Origin: Vicinamibacteria bacterium
Lineage (GTDB): Bacteria; Acidobacteriota; Vicinamibacteria; Vicinamibacterales; JAENWD01
Direction: 5' to 3'
NCBI GenBank assembly: GCA_963800785.1
Contig: CAWDCH010000018.1
Location: forward strand, 717,653 to 781,652
DNA: 64,000 nucleotides
In this document: positions 37,473 through 46,540 of the stretch, in pieces
Layout of the letters: every line of letters starts with the position of its first letter
Position numbering within the stretch: the stretch's first letter is position 1
The notes under the pieces: generated by a model
Database searches by the model: none
What the model was told of the DNA's origin: nothing
The model's input: the letters and a program-made list of their open reading frames with translations, nothing else
Made by a program: the position numbers and the translations under genes

Positions 37473-37603
37473 ACAACTCAATCGGCTCTTCTTGTGGGGA
37501 TAACGGCCTACGCCGCGCGGTCTGACTCTTGCTATCTCCAGCCGCACACGTGCTGGCCTCTTCCCTTTGTCGGCATACGAGTGTATGCCCAGGAGAAGAA
37601 GCC

Positions 37604-38803
37604 ATGCGACTCATCGGCGCTGCCTCGTCCGCCCTCGCGCTCGCACTGTCACTCGGCATTTCAGACTCCGGTTCAGTCCAGGCGGCGAATCCGCACGATG
37701 GACGCGCGATCTTCCGCTTCGACACGTTCGGCGATGAGCAACTCTGGACCGACGCGCTTCGCCTCCACGAGGTCATCGAATCGGTTACGCCGGCACAGGC
37801 GCTCTCCCTGGGACTGAAGGTGGATGCCGAAGCGCTGCCGCCGTCGGTGACTCAGGCGCTCGCCACCGGACAGCTCGATGTCAACGATCCCGCCGTCACT
37901 CTGCGTTTGCTGGAACTGGACGCCGTCGTCGGTGTCGTCGGAAAAGTCACGGGGCAGCGACGCCTGAGGAGTGTCGGGATTACCTGCGCCTTTTGTCATT
38001 CGACCGTGGACGACTCTCTTGAGCCTGGCATTGGCAGACGACTCGATGGCTGGCCGAATCGCGACCTCCGAGTAGGCGCCATAGCAGCGCTCTCGCCAGG
38101 CTTGAGCGATGCCGTGAAAAATGAAATCCAGGACTGGCCTCCCGGCACCTACGATCCCCGTCATCACATGTTCGACGGCAGTACGCTGACAATCCTAAAC
38201 GCGTCGTCGTTGCCAGTCGTCATTCCGCCGATCTATGGGTTGAGCGGCGTGCCATTCGAGATCTATACGGGCGACGGGCCGATCTCCTACTGGAACAGCT
38301 ATGTCGGCGTGACTCAGATGGGCGGGCACGGAAGCTTCAGCGATGCTCGCATCGGCGTGGAGGTCAGACAGAAGCCGGATCGGGTGACGCCAAAATTACC
38401 GGCGCTGCTCGCGTACCAGTTGAGTCTCGCGGCTCCGCCTCCGCCCGCCGGAAGCTTCGACGCGGCGGCAGCGGCGCGCGGGCAGATCGTCTTCAATGGT
38501 GTCGCGCAGTGCGGGACCTGTCACATTGCGCCAACGTACACCGACGTCTCGAGCGGAGCACCAGGCGTGCCGTTCCTCCATGATCCGTTGGAGGTCGGCG
38601 CCGACGCGGCGTATGCCGATCGCAGCGCCACCGGCATGTATCGGACGACGCCGCTGCGCGCGCTCTGGCAGCATCCGCCGTACTTTCATGACGGGAGCGC
38701 CGCCGACTTACCGGCGGTCGTCAACCACTATGTGGACGCGCTTCCGCTGACACTGACTGAGGCGGAGAAAGCAGATCTCGTGGAATTCCTGAAGTCGCTG
38801 TGA
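37604..38803 (+). CDS. Di-haem c-type cytochrome (peroxidase-like), secreted
   Basis: Has a signal peptide. Carries two CxxCH motifs (ITCAFCHS and QCGTCHI) and ...LWQHPPYFHDGSA near the C-terminus. Confidence 0.8.
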   Translation: MRLIGAASSALALALSLGISDSGSVQAANPHDGRAIFRFDTFGDEQLWTDALRLHEVIESVTPAQALSLGLKVDAEALPPSVTQALATGQLDVNDPAVTLRLLELDAVVGVVGKVTGQRRLRSVGITCAFCHSTVDDSLEPGIGRRLDGWPNRDLRVGAIAALSPGLSDAVKNEIQDWPPGTYDPRHHMFDGSTLTILNASSLPVVIPPIYGLSGVPFEIYTGDGPISYWNSYVGVTQMGGHGSFSDARIGVEVRQKPDRVTPKLPALLAYQLSLAAPPPPAGSFDAAAAARGQIVFNGVAQCGTCHIAPTYTDVSSGAPGVPFLHDPLEVGADAAYADRSATGMYRTTPLRALWQHPPYFHDGSAADLPAVVNHYVDALPLTLTEAEKADLVEFLKSL

Positions 38804-38815
38804 ATTTTGTGGAGT

Positions 38816-38861
38816 TGGTCGGGGCGAGAGGATTTCAACCTCCGACCGCTCGGTCCCGAAC
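38816..38861 (-). repeat. Partial duplicate of the tRNA-Pro 3' half (putative distal att site)
   Basis: The sequence tggtcggggcgagaggatttCaacctccgaccGctcggtcccgaac matches 39462-39507 with 2 mismatches in 46 nt, in the same orientation. Confidence 0.7.
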
Positions 38862-38975
38862 GCTGGGCCGATCGGGGTGTTTCCTTTGTAAAGTGAGGTG
38901 TTTTTCGGACAGGTGGAAATCAAGTGGAAACCACATCGCCGCTGGGCACCACTTCTTCAAAGTGGTCGTGGATGC

Positions 38976-39311
38976 TCAGACCGTCGTCGGTGGCGTGGAT
39001 GGGTGTGTTAGCAAGGCATCCCGTTTCGCCATTACCTTCTCCATCTCGTTCGCCATCAGGTTCAGCCGCCCGCACAGGTCGAAGATTTCGTCCTCCAACC
39101 GTGAGATCACAGTGCGCTGCTGCACGGTGATCCGCGTCGATTCCTTCCGCAGCCGCTCCGCCTCGGCCTCAGCGGCTAGGCCACGCCGCCTCCACTGCTC
39201 GATCTCTTCTTCGAGGCGCTTGTTCGCCCGCAGCACATTATCGAGGTCGTCTACTTCTTTCGATACCAGACGGTCCTTCAGCCGACCGATCTCGGCATCT
39301 TTGGCGTCCAT
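38976..39311 (-). CDS. Coiled-coil hypothetical protein (111 aa) inside the tRNA-Pro scar
   Basis: Reads ...EIGRLKDRLVSKEVDDLDNVLRANKRLEEEIEQWRRRGLAAEAEAERLRKE... with a heptad-like charge pattern. It sits in visibly lower-GC DNA and is flanked by 21-bp direct repeats (38910-38930, 39348-39368). Confidence 0.5.
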   Translation of the reverse strand: MDAKDAEIGRLKDRLVSKEVDDLDNVLRANKRLEEEIEQWRRRGLAAEAEAERLRKESTRITVQQRTVISRLEDEIFDLCGRLNLMANEMEKVMAKRDALLTHPSTPPTTV

Positions 39312-39459
39312 GCGGACAGGCTACCACCACCCCACCAGTTTCCTGTCCAGGTGGAAATTAAGTGGAAAAATCTTTCCACCTGAACGTCCTTTTTCGTCTT
39401 ACCTCGTCTGAGTCGGATTTTTCAATATCGGTGGGATTGCTGAGGAAAACCGTCTAAAT

Positions 39460-39538
<79 letters not shown>

Positions 39539-39565
39539 ACAACCTGACTATCCTACCTCAGAAAT

Positions 39566-39644
39566 GGTCAGAGGTCAGGGACCAGAAATCAGGGAGAGGG
39601 GATCAGGCCTTGCTCGTCGACCCCTGACCCTGACTCCTGGCCCC
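39566..39644. repeat. Hairpin built from 7-nt NNTCAGG units
   Basis: The left arm is ggtcaga ggtcagg gaccaga aatcagg gagaggg gatcagg and the right arm is cccctgaccctgactcctggcccc. It lies between the CHRD gene stop and tRNA-Pro. Confidence 0.65.
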
Positions 39645-39650
39645 TTACAT

Positions 39651-40283
39651 CTATTTGTCCAACTGCCCCCTGACTTCCCCACCCGGGAAATCGCCTGGGC
39701 CTTCGTTCGGCGTTTCGTTCCCGTCGCTCGTGTGCACGTTGACGTATGTTCCGTGCGCCTTGATCTTGGCGAGCACGTCAGCTAACGACGACACGCCGCC
39801 CGGGCACGCCGGGCTGTCGGGACGCGCCATGACGTTGGCGTTGGTGAACGTGCCCTCAGCCAGGACACCGTCATGACGTCCGCCGCCTGTCGGCCCCGGC
39901 GTCGGGTCGGTGCTCGGGAACAACCACACGACGATCGGCCCGTTCATGCCGGGCACACCGCAGTGGATGTGCGCCATGAACACGTTGTTGATGTTCGAGG
40001 CGATCAGCTGGTACTCGACCGTTTGCCCGTCGTCGGACACCTTGAAGTGCGCCTGGCCCTGGGCATGCGAGTCGGCAGGCGTCGGCCCGTCAGGGCTCGA
40101 CTGAGTGAAGACCTCCTGATCGCCCGACAGGTGTGTGGTGTGGTTCTTGGCAGTCCCGTCCGGCTGAGCGGCCTGGACCTGCAGGGGGGCGGTCAACTCA
40201 GTCGGCGTCGCGGGTGTCCGGGTTGATTCAGAGCATGCGCACGTAACGGCCGCGGTCAGTGCTGTAATCACAACTTTGCGCAT
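39651..40283 (-). CDS. CHRD-domain lipoprotein
   Basis: Starts MRKVVITALTAAVTCACSE (lipobox). Contains HLSGDQEV...GQAHFKV...VEYQLIASNINNVFMAHIHCGVPGMNGPIVVWLF...YVNVHT...GGEVRGQL. Confidence 0.8.
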   Translation of the reverse strand: MRKVVITALTAAVTCACSESTRTPATPTELTAPLQVQAAQPDGTAKNHTTHLSGDQEVFTQSSPDGPTPADSHAQGQAHFKVSDDGQTVEYQLIASNINNVFMAHIHCGVPGMNGPIVVWLFPSTDPTPGPTGGGRHDGVLAEGTFTNANVMARPDSPACPGGVSSLADVLAKIKAHGTYVNVHTSDGNETPNEGPGDFPGGEVRGQLDK

Positions 40284-40622
40284 AACCTTATCCTCTCCAT
40301 CCTTTTCCCGTTACGAAACTACTTACGGAACACGTCAGCCTTGCTGGGCCTCCCGGCACTGCTCGCCGGCGTCTCTCCCTTCTGAAATCAAGCGCTTGCC
40401 GTGCATATGCCGCGATGCGCGGGAGCGTTCTCGACTGGCGTCCGTCGCGCCCTGCGAAGCGTGTGCCACGCGTGATGGATGGGCTGAAATAGACCGGATT
40501 CCAGGGGGTTCTCCGAGCTCGACTGGGGCCGGTCGAGCATCACAATTCCGGCCTTCCCGTCAAGGTTTGAGGGCCTTCGGCCTTTCGGCTAGGCTCAACT
40601 CCAGGCAGCCAAACGACCTCCC

Positions 40623-41051
40623 GTGGACACGAAAACTCCTCAGCACTCCGAACCTTTCGAATCTCGTCGAGAACAGTCGTGCGAGGTCCGACCGACGCCG
40701 GCAGCGGCTCGCGAACGGACGATTGCCTTGGCGCCGAAATCGCGGACCGCACCGAAGCGTCGCGTGTCGCATGTCCGCGCGAAGACCCGACGCGGCGTCG
40801 CCACGACGATGCGGGAAATGACGCCTGACGAGATGCGTCGGAAAGGCAGTTGGGCGGTGCGTTTCTACGGGCGCTCTGGTCCTCTGCCGAAGCTGATCGA
40901 CGACAAGGGACGGCCGACGCGATTTGCGCTGACCGCGGCGGAATGGGGCGAGCCCGTGCCGAAGACGGTGGCCGCCGCGCGCCGTATCGCCGCCAAGGGC
41001 CACCGGCTGCTCACCGCCTACAAGCGCCAGATCGCGCGCCGCAGACGATAA
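40623..41051 (+). CDS. Hypothetical basic protein (only the last roughly 80 codons look coding)
   Basis: From MREMTPDEMRRKGSWAVRFYGRSGPLPKLIDDKG... the third positions are GC-rich. I recognise no family and the start is uncertain. Confidence 0.35.
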   Translation: MDTKTPQHSEPFESRREQSCEVRPTPAAARERTIALAPKSRTAPKRRVSHVRAKTRRGVATTMREMTPDEMRRKGSWAVRFYGRSGPLPKLIDDKGRPTRFALTAAEWGEPVPKTVAAARRIAAKGHRLLTAYKRQIARRRR

Positions 41052-41054
41052 CGG

Positions 41055-41816
41055 CTACTCGACTGATTGTTCCGCGTCGGTCAGCGCGTGCGCGAGATCG
41101 GCGATCGCCGCGTGCGCCGTCAGATCGGGCTGGAGGGGGGTCACCGAAACGTAGCCTTCCTGCACGGCCGCGTAGTCGGAGCTCGGGTCGTCGTGCCACT
41201 CACACTGCGCTTCGTCGATCCAGTAGTAGCTGCGGCCACGGGGATCGACTCGGGCCGTGACCGACGTCGCGTGGTTGCGACGCGCCTGTGTCGTCACGCG
41301 CAGTCCGACGGGCAGACCGGGAGGCACGTTGACGTTCAGGAACGTGCGCGGTGGCAGCGGTTGCGCGAGGATGGCCTCCGCCGCCGCGGCGCCCGCCCGC
41401 GCCGCATACCCGAAGTCGGCGCCAGGCGTCCATTCGCCCAGCGACACCGCCATTGACGGTATGCCCAGCAGCGCCGCTTCAAGCGCACCGGCGACCGTAC
41501 CCGAGTAGGTCACGTCGTCGCCGACGTTGTAGCCCTTGTTGATGCCTGACGCGACGAAATCGGGCTTGTTGCCGTCCATCAGGATACGGATTCCCAGGTT
41601 CACGCAGTCGGTGGGCGTGCCATCTACCGCGTAGGCTCCGCTGCCAAACGATTCGATCCGCAATGGACGCCGCAGCGTCAGCGCGTGACCGATCGCGCTG
41701 GCTTCGGTCAATGGCGCGACGATGATGACATCCCCGAGCGCGCGCAACGCGTCGGCGAGGGCACGAATTCCTTCGGAATGGATGCCATCGTCATTGGTCA
41801 CGAGAATACGGCGCAC
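41055..41816 (-). CDS. surE: 5'/3'-nucleotidase SurE
   Basis: Reads MRRILVTNDDGIHSEGIRALADAL...VIIVAP...SGINKGYNVGDDVTYSGTVAGA. Confidence 0.9.
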   Translation of the reverse strand: MRRILVTNDDGIHSEGIRALADALRALGDVIIVAPLTEASAIGHALTLRRPLRIESFGSGAYAVDGTPTDCVNLGIRILMDGNKPDFVASGINKGYNVGDDVTYSGTVAGALEAALLGIPSMAVSLGEWTPGADFGYAARAGAAAAEAILAQPLPPRTFLNVNVPPGLPVGLRVTTQARRNHATSVTARVDPRGRSYYWIDEAQCEWHDDPSSDYAAVQEGYVSVTPLQPDLTAHAAIADLAHALTDAEQSVE

Positions 41817-41842
41817 AGTGACAGTATAATTCGCCCACCCCC

Positions 41843-42271
41843 ATGGCCTGGTGGCAGTGGATTCTCCTCGGTCTCGCGCTCTCGGCGCTGGAGCTCGCCA
41901 CGCCCGGCGGGTTCTATCTGATCTTCTTCGGAATCAGCGCGATCCTCGTCGGCCTCGCGAGCCTCGTCGGGTTCGTGGTTCCGGCCTGGTTCGAGTGGCT
42001 GATGTTCAGCATCGGCAGCGTCGCGATGCTGCTGTTCTTCCGCAAGCGCTTGATGCAGCTGTGGCAACCGGGAACCACCGATGTCGACTCCCTCGTCGGC
42101 GAGACGGCGCTGCCGCTCGAGACGATCCGGCCCGGCGCCATCGGACGCGCGGAGCTGCGCGGCACCGTGTGGTCGGCGCGCAACGCCCACGACGGTGAGC
42201 TGGCACGCGGCCAGCGCGCGCGGGTGCAGCGCGTGGATGGCCTGACCCTTTACCTCGTTCCGGAGCGATAG
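41843..42271 (+). CDS. NfeD-family membrane protein
   Basis: Has TM helices, then the OB-like tail GETALPLETIRPGAIGRAELRGTVWSARN...RVQRVDGLTLYL. It immediately precedes an SPFH gene. Confidence 0.8.
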   Translation: MAWWQWILLGLALSALELATPGGFYLIFFGISAILVGLASLVGFVVPAWFEWLMFSIGSVAMLLFFRKRLMQLWQPGTTDVDSLVGETALPLETIRPGAIGRAELRGTVWSARNAHDGELARGQRARVQRVDGLTLYLVPER

Positions 42272-42274
42272 CCG

Positions 42275-43240
42275 ATGGATGTGATTTCCGGAGGGTTGAT
42301 CGCCGTCGTCGTCATCGCGTTTTTCCTGCTCATCGTGATGGCGAAGACGGCGGTCGTCGTGCCGCAGCAGAACGCTTACATCATTGAACGCCTGGGACGG
42401 TTTGCGGGCACGCTTCAGGCGGGCTTCCACATCCTCGTGCCGTTCGTCGACATCATACGCTACCGCCACACGCTGAAGGAGCAATCGGTCGACATTCCTG
42501 CGCAGGTCTGCATCACTCGCGACAACGTGCAGGTGCAGGTCGACGGGGTCCTCTATTTGAAGGTCCTGAATCCCGAGCGCGCCTCGTACGGGATCTCCGA
42601 CTACATGTTCGCGATCTCGCAGCTGGCGCAAACTACGCTGCGCAGCGAGGTCGGCAAGATCGATCTCGATCGGACGTTCGAGGAGCGGACCAACATCAAC
42701 ACGTCCGTCGTCAGCGAGCTGGACAAGGCGTCGGAGTCGTGGGGCGTCAAGGTCCTGCGCTACGAGATCAAGAACATCACGCCGCCGGCCGACGTGCTCG
42801 CCGCGATGGAGAAACAGATGCGCGCCGAGCGCGAGAAGCGCGCCGTGATTCTCACCTCCGAGGGACAGCGCGACGCCGCGATCAATACCGCCGAAGGCGA
42901 CAAGCAGCAGACGATCAAGGCGTCGGAAGCGCATCGGCAGCGGCAGATCAACGAGGCACAGGGTCAGGCCGAGGCGATTCTCGCCGTGGCGGCCGCAACC
43001 GCTGAAGGCATTCGCCGGGTTGCTGAGGCGATCAAGGTCGAGGGGGGCTTCGAAGCGGTCCAGCTGCGGGTGGCCGAACAGTACGTCACGCAGTTCGGTC
43101 AGCTCGCCGCGGGGAGCACGAACCTGGTGTTGCCGGCGAACGTCTCCGATATCGGCAGCATGGTGGCGCTCGCGATGAACGTCTTCAAGCAGCAGAGCCA
43201 GCCGCCGACGCCGCCAATTCCTCCATCTCGCCGTACGTAG
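42275..43240 (+). CDS. SPFH/band-7 (stomatin/paraslipin-like) protein
   Basis: Reads VVVPQQNAYIIERLGRF...TRDNVQVQVDGVLYLKV...AISQLAQTTLRSEVGKIDLDRTFEER...VLRYEIKNITPP. Confidence 0.9.
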   Translation: MDVISGGLIAVVVIAFFLLIVMAKTAVVVPQQNAYIIERLGRFAGTLQAGFHILVPFVDIIRYRHTLKEQSVDIPAQVCITRDNVQVQVDGVLYLKVLNPERASYGISDYMFAISQLAQTTLRSEVGKIDLDRTFEERTNINTSVVSELDKASESWGVKVLRYEIKNITPPADVLAAMEKQMRAEREKRAVILTSEGQRDAAINTAEGDKQQTIKASEAHRQRQINEAQGQAEAILAVAAATAEGIRRVAEAIKVEGGFEAVQLRVAEQYVTQFGQLAAGSTNLVLPANVSDIGSMVALAMNVFKQQSQPPTPPIPPSRRT

Positions 43241-43336
43241 CCCCGAGTCCCCCATCTGGCCGTACGTAGGCCCGAGCTTTAGCTCGGGCATCGCCGACTT
43301 CTTATTGCCCAAGCGAAAGCTTGGGCCTACGTACGG
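43226..43336. repeat. Composite repeat/hairpin (CGTACGTAGGCCCGAG units) overlapping the SPFH stop codon
   Basis: There is a tandem tctcgccgtacgtagccccgag / tctggccgtacgtaggcccgag. The small hairpins are gcccgagctttagctcgggc and gcccaagcgaaagcttgggc. The outer arms are ccgtacgtaggcccgagc / gcttgggcctacgtacgg. Confidence 0.65.
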
Positions 43337-43357
43337 TCGTACGCGTACAATCAAACC

Positions 43358-44458
43358 ATGGCGCTGAAAGACGTGCTCGAAGCGCGCGTGCGCCCGGGCG
43401 AGCTCTACGAGCCCATCGAGCGCGGGCGGCTGCACTGCTACGCCTGCGGTCACAACTGCCCCATCCCCGACGGCGCTGCCGGCGTCTGCAAGGTCCGCTT
43501 CAACCGCGGCGGCACGCTCTACGTGCCATGGGGCTACGTCGGCGGCGTGCAGTGCGATCCGATCGAGAAGAAGCCGTTCTTTCACGCCATGCCCGGCGCC
43601 CTGGCGTTCAGCTTCGGGATGCTCGGCTGCGACCTGCACTGCTCCTACTGCCAGAACTGGGTGACCTCACAGGCGCTGCGCGATCCGAATGCGGTCGCGC
43701 CGCCGATGGAAGTCACCCCGCCACAGCTCGTCGCCGCCGCCCTCGATCAGGGCGCCCGCGTCGTCGTCTCGACCTACAACGAGCCGCTGATCACCGCGGA
43801 ATGGGCGGTCGCAATTTTCCGCGAGGCCCGCGCCGCCGGTCTGAAGACGGCGTTCGTCTCCAACGGCAACGGCACGCCGCGTGTGCTTGAGTACGTGAGG
43901 CCTCACCTCGACTTCTATAAGGTAGATCTCAAATCTTTCGACGATCGCCACTATCGTCAGCTCGGAGGGCGCCTCGAGCCAATCCTCGACTCGATTCGGC
44001 GCATTCGCTCGATGGGCCTCTGGCTCGAGATCGTCACGCTGCTCATTCCCGGCTTCAACGATTCACGCGACGAGATCGATCGCTTGACCTCGTTCATCGC
44101 GAGCGTGTCGCCCGACATCCCGTGGCACGTCACCGCCTACCATCAGGACTACCGCATGACGGATCGTCGCGACACGGACGACGATGATCTGGTGAAGGCA
44201 GCGGCGATCGGCAAAGAGAATGGGCTGCGGTTCGTCTACGCTGGAAATCGGCCGGGGCGCGTGGGCGCACTCGAGCACACGTCGTGCCACGCTTGCGGTC
44301 AGATCCTGGTCGAACGTCTCGGCTATCACATCAATGCGTACTTCTTGACCCCAGAGGGCGCGTGCAGCGCCTGCGGAACGCTGATTCCGGGCCGGTGGGA
44401 CACGGTGTTCGGCGGTCAGCGCATCGATCGACCGATGGTGTGGCGCCGCCGCGCGTAG
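43358..44458 (+). CDS. AmmeMemoRadiSam-system-type radical SAM enzyme
   Basis: Contains LHCYACGHNCPIPDGAAGVCKVR...DPIEKKPFFH...FGMLGCDLHCSYCQNW (the CxxxCxxC cluster) and a C-terminal CHACG...CSACG. Confidence 0.8.
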   Translation: MALKDVLEARVRPGELYEPIERGRLHCYACGHNCPIPDGAAGVCKVRFNRGGTLYVPWGYVGGVQCDPIEKKPFFHAMPGALAFSFGMLGCDLHCSYCQNWVTSQALRDPNAVAPPMEVTPPQLVAAALDQGARVVVSTYNEPLITAEWAVAIFREARAAGLKTAFVSNGNGTPRVLEYVRPHLDFYKVDLKSFDDRHYRQLGGRLEPILDSIRRIRSMGLWLEIVTLLIPGFNDSRDEIDRLTSFIASVSPDIPWHVTAYHQDYRMTDRRDTDDDDLVKAAAIGKENGLRFVYAGNRPGRVGALEHTSCHACGQILVERLGYHINAYFLTPEGACSACGTLIPGRWDTVFGGQRIDRPMVWRRRA

Positions 44459-44489
44459 ACTGCTACGCTGCGTTGCTCTGTGGCAAAAG

Positions 44490-44848
44490 TCAGTTCAGCG
44501 CCGGTTTCCCTAGAACCAACACCAGCTGATTGAAATCGACGGGTTTGACCAGATGCTCGGCGAAGCCGGCCTCACGGCTGCCGGCAATGTCCGAGGTCGT
44601 GCCGTAGCCGCTCATCGCGATTAGCAGCAGCTGGTGCGACCGGATCGGAATCGGCGACCCCACTTCGAGACCGCTGCATCTGGCAGACCGATATCGCTGA
44701 TCACCACATCCCACGGCTCGCCGACCAGGGCCGTCGCCTGCGCAATCGATCGGACCAGCGTGACGGAATGGCCAAAATGCGCGAGGAGCTCGGCGAGCAT
44801 GTCCCCGGAATCCGGGTCGTCCTCGACGAGCAGGATCCAAGAATGGAG
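44490..44848 (-). pseudogene. CheY-like single-domain response regulator with frameshift(s)
   Basis: One frame reads ILLVEDDPDSGDMLAELLAHFGHSVTLVRSIAQATALVGEPWDVVISDIGLPD. The rest is in another frame (SGLEV...LLLIAMSGYGTTSDIAGSREAGFAEHLVKPVDFNQL, stop 44490). There is no in-frame start after the moaA stop. Confidence 0.65.
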
Positions 44849-44884
44849 GCTATGAAGAACGCGGTTCGTTGGAGCTCCGAACCG

Positions 44885-45907
44885 CTACCCACCTCGGGTA
44901 TGCATCTCGAGGTGAGGATTCGTTCTCAGGGAACTCAACGGCACGAGCGGCTGTCGATCCCTCGCCAAGAGGCGCTCCTCGGCGCCGCGATCCGCGCGCC
45001 CCTGCCACGTCGATCGGATCAGCGCCGCGAGCTCATCGTCTGAATCGCCGGCGCGGACGCGCTCGCGGAGGTCAAATCCCGACTGGGCGTAAAGACACAA
45101 ATACCAAAGACCGTCAGCGGTCAGGCGGCTGCGATCGCACGTCCGACAGAACGGCAGCGTCGTCGACGCGATGATGCCGACGATCTGGCCGTCGGGAAGC
45201 GCGAATCGCTCCGCCGGAGCAGAGCCCCTCGCGTCGCGCGCCGAGATCGAGCCGCGCCGACCGAGCGCTGAGATGATCTCGTGGCGCGCCACGACCTGCG
45301 CTGGCGTCCACCGCGTGGCGCCGCCAACATCCATGTACTCGATGAAGCGCAGCTCGGCGCCTAGCGTGTGCGCTTCGTCCACAAGCGCGTCAATCTCGTG
45401 GTCGTTGATGCCGCGGAGAAGCACCGTGTCGATTTTGAATCCCGGGAACACGCGCGCCGCCGCCGTGAGTCCTTCTCGCACGCGCCCGAGCTCGTCGGCG
45501 CGAGTCAGCCGGACGAACGTCTCGCGCTTCAAGGTATCGAGACTGACCGTGAGCCGCTGCAGCCCCGCAGCACGAAGCGCCTCGGCGTGATCCGCAAGGA
45601 GCACGCCGTTGGTCGTGAGCGCGAGGTCCTGGATGCCGTCGATGTTCGCCAGCATCCGTATGAGCGATGGCAGGTCGCGTCGCAGCAGCGGCTCGCCGCC
45701 CGTCAGCCGGACCCGGCGAACGCCGAGGCGGACGAATATCCGAACAATGCGCGCCGTCTCTTCGAAACCGAGGATGTCTTCGCGCGGCAGCCACGTGTAC
45801 TCGGCCTCCGGCATGCAGTACTCGCAGCGCAGGTTGCAGCGGTCGGTGACCGACACGCGCAGGCTCGTCATTGGGCGAGACAGGCGGTCAGCTAAAGGAG
45901 GGGGCAT
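44885..45907 (-). CDS. moaA: GTP 3',8-cyclase (molybdenum cofactor biosynthesis)
   Basis: Reads LRVSVTDRCNLRCEYCMPE...RLTGGEPLLR...LTTNG...C-terminal PFCRTCDRSRLTADG. Confidence 0.9.
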   Translation of the reverse strand: MPPPLADRLSRPMTSLRVSVTDRCNLRCEYCMPEAEYTWLPREDILGFEETARIVRIFVRLGVRRVRLTGGEPLLRRDLPSLIRMLANIDGIQDLALTTNGVLLADHAEALRAAGLQRLTVSLDTLKRETFVRLTRADELGRVREGLTAAARVFPGFKIDTVLLRGINDHEIDALVDEAHTLGAELRFIEYMDVGGATRWTPAQVVARHEIISALGRRGSISARDARGSAPAERFALPDGQIVGIIASTTLPFCRTCDRSRLTADGLWYLCLYAQSGFDLRERVRAGDSDDELAALIRSTWQGRADRGAEERLLARDRQPLVPLSSLRTNPHLEMHTRGG

Positions 45908-45914
45908 TTGTCAA

Positions 45915-46034
45915 GTGCCACAGTGCTGCGGTGCCGTGCCACGGTGCCACATTGTTACGGTGCTGCAGAGCTGACGCCGCCGACTGGAGGGCCGCCGCAC
46001 GGCAGCACCGCAGCACTGTTGCACTGCGGCACTG
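45915..46034. repeat. Imperfect hairpin built from GTGCCNC/GCGGCAC-type short units
   Basis: The left arm is gtgccacagtgctgcggtgccgtgccacggtgccac... and the right arm is gcacggcagcaccgcagcactgttgcactgcggcactg. It fills the bacilliredoxin-moaA spacer. Confidence 0.65.
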
Positions 46035-46036
46035 AG

Positions 46037-46471
46037 TCAGGCCCGATCAGAAGCGGGCGCGCAGTACTGGTCGAACGCGGCCATCAATTGACGCGCGATG
46101 GCGTCAGCGGACTGACCCTCAATCTGGCGCCGCTCCATCATGTAGACCAGCTGTCCGTCGCGCAGAAGCGCCACGGATGGCGAAGATGGCGGATAGCCGA
46201 TGAAGTAGGTTCGGGCCCGGTCGGTCGCTTCGACATCGGCTCCTGCGAACACCGTCGTCACGTGATCCGGCTTGACGTCGTGGCCAAGCGCCATCGCTAC
46301 GCCGGGACGCGCCTTGCCCGCCGCGCACCCGCAGATCGAGTTGACCACGACCATGACGCTGCCCTTCCGGTTCAAGGCCTCGTCTACAGCCTCGGCCGTT
46401 CGCAACTCTTCGACACCAAGCTGAGTCAGTTCCTCGCGCATTGGCGCGACGAAATATTCGGGATATGGCAC
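46037..46471 (-). CDS. BrxA/BrxB-family bacilliredoxin (YphP/YqiW-like thioredoxin fold)
   Basis: Reads MPYPEYFVAPMREELTQLGVEELRT...VMVVVNSICGCAAGKARPG...VFAG...YPPSSPSVALLRDGQLV. Confidence 0.85.
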   Translation of the reverse strand: MPYPEYFVAPMREELTQLGVEELRTAEAVDEALNRKGSVMVVVNSICGCAAGKARPGVAMALGHDVKPDHVTTVFAGADVEATDRARTYFIGYPPSSPSVALLRDGQLVYMMERRQIEGQSADAIARQLMAAFDQYCAPASDRA

Positions 46472-46540
46472 GGTCGTTACAGCTCCTTTTAAGGTCTTTG
46501 ATTCCCGGCGGTGAATCTAGGATACCGTACCCCAACTGTG

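Noticed and set aside
41798-43639. 613-aa ORF on the minus strand
   Set aside because: It is an antisense shadow of the NfeD and SPFH genes and the hairpin spacer. Its composition is low-complexity and Arg-rich.
45908-46036. Moco riboswitch upstream of moaA
   Set aside because: The spacer is fully accounted for by the GTGCCNC-unit hairpin. I do not see the conserved Moco-motif elements.
46037-46471. BrxA-named gene as a hint of a BREX defence system
   Set aside because: The sequence is the thioredoxin-fold bacilliredoxin (CGC active site, YphP/YqiW type), which is unrelated to BREX BrxA. There are no other BREX genes.
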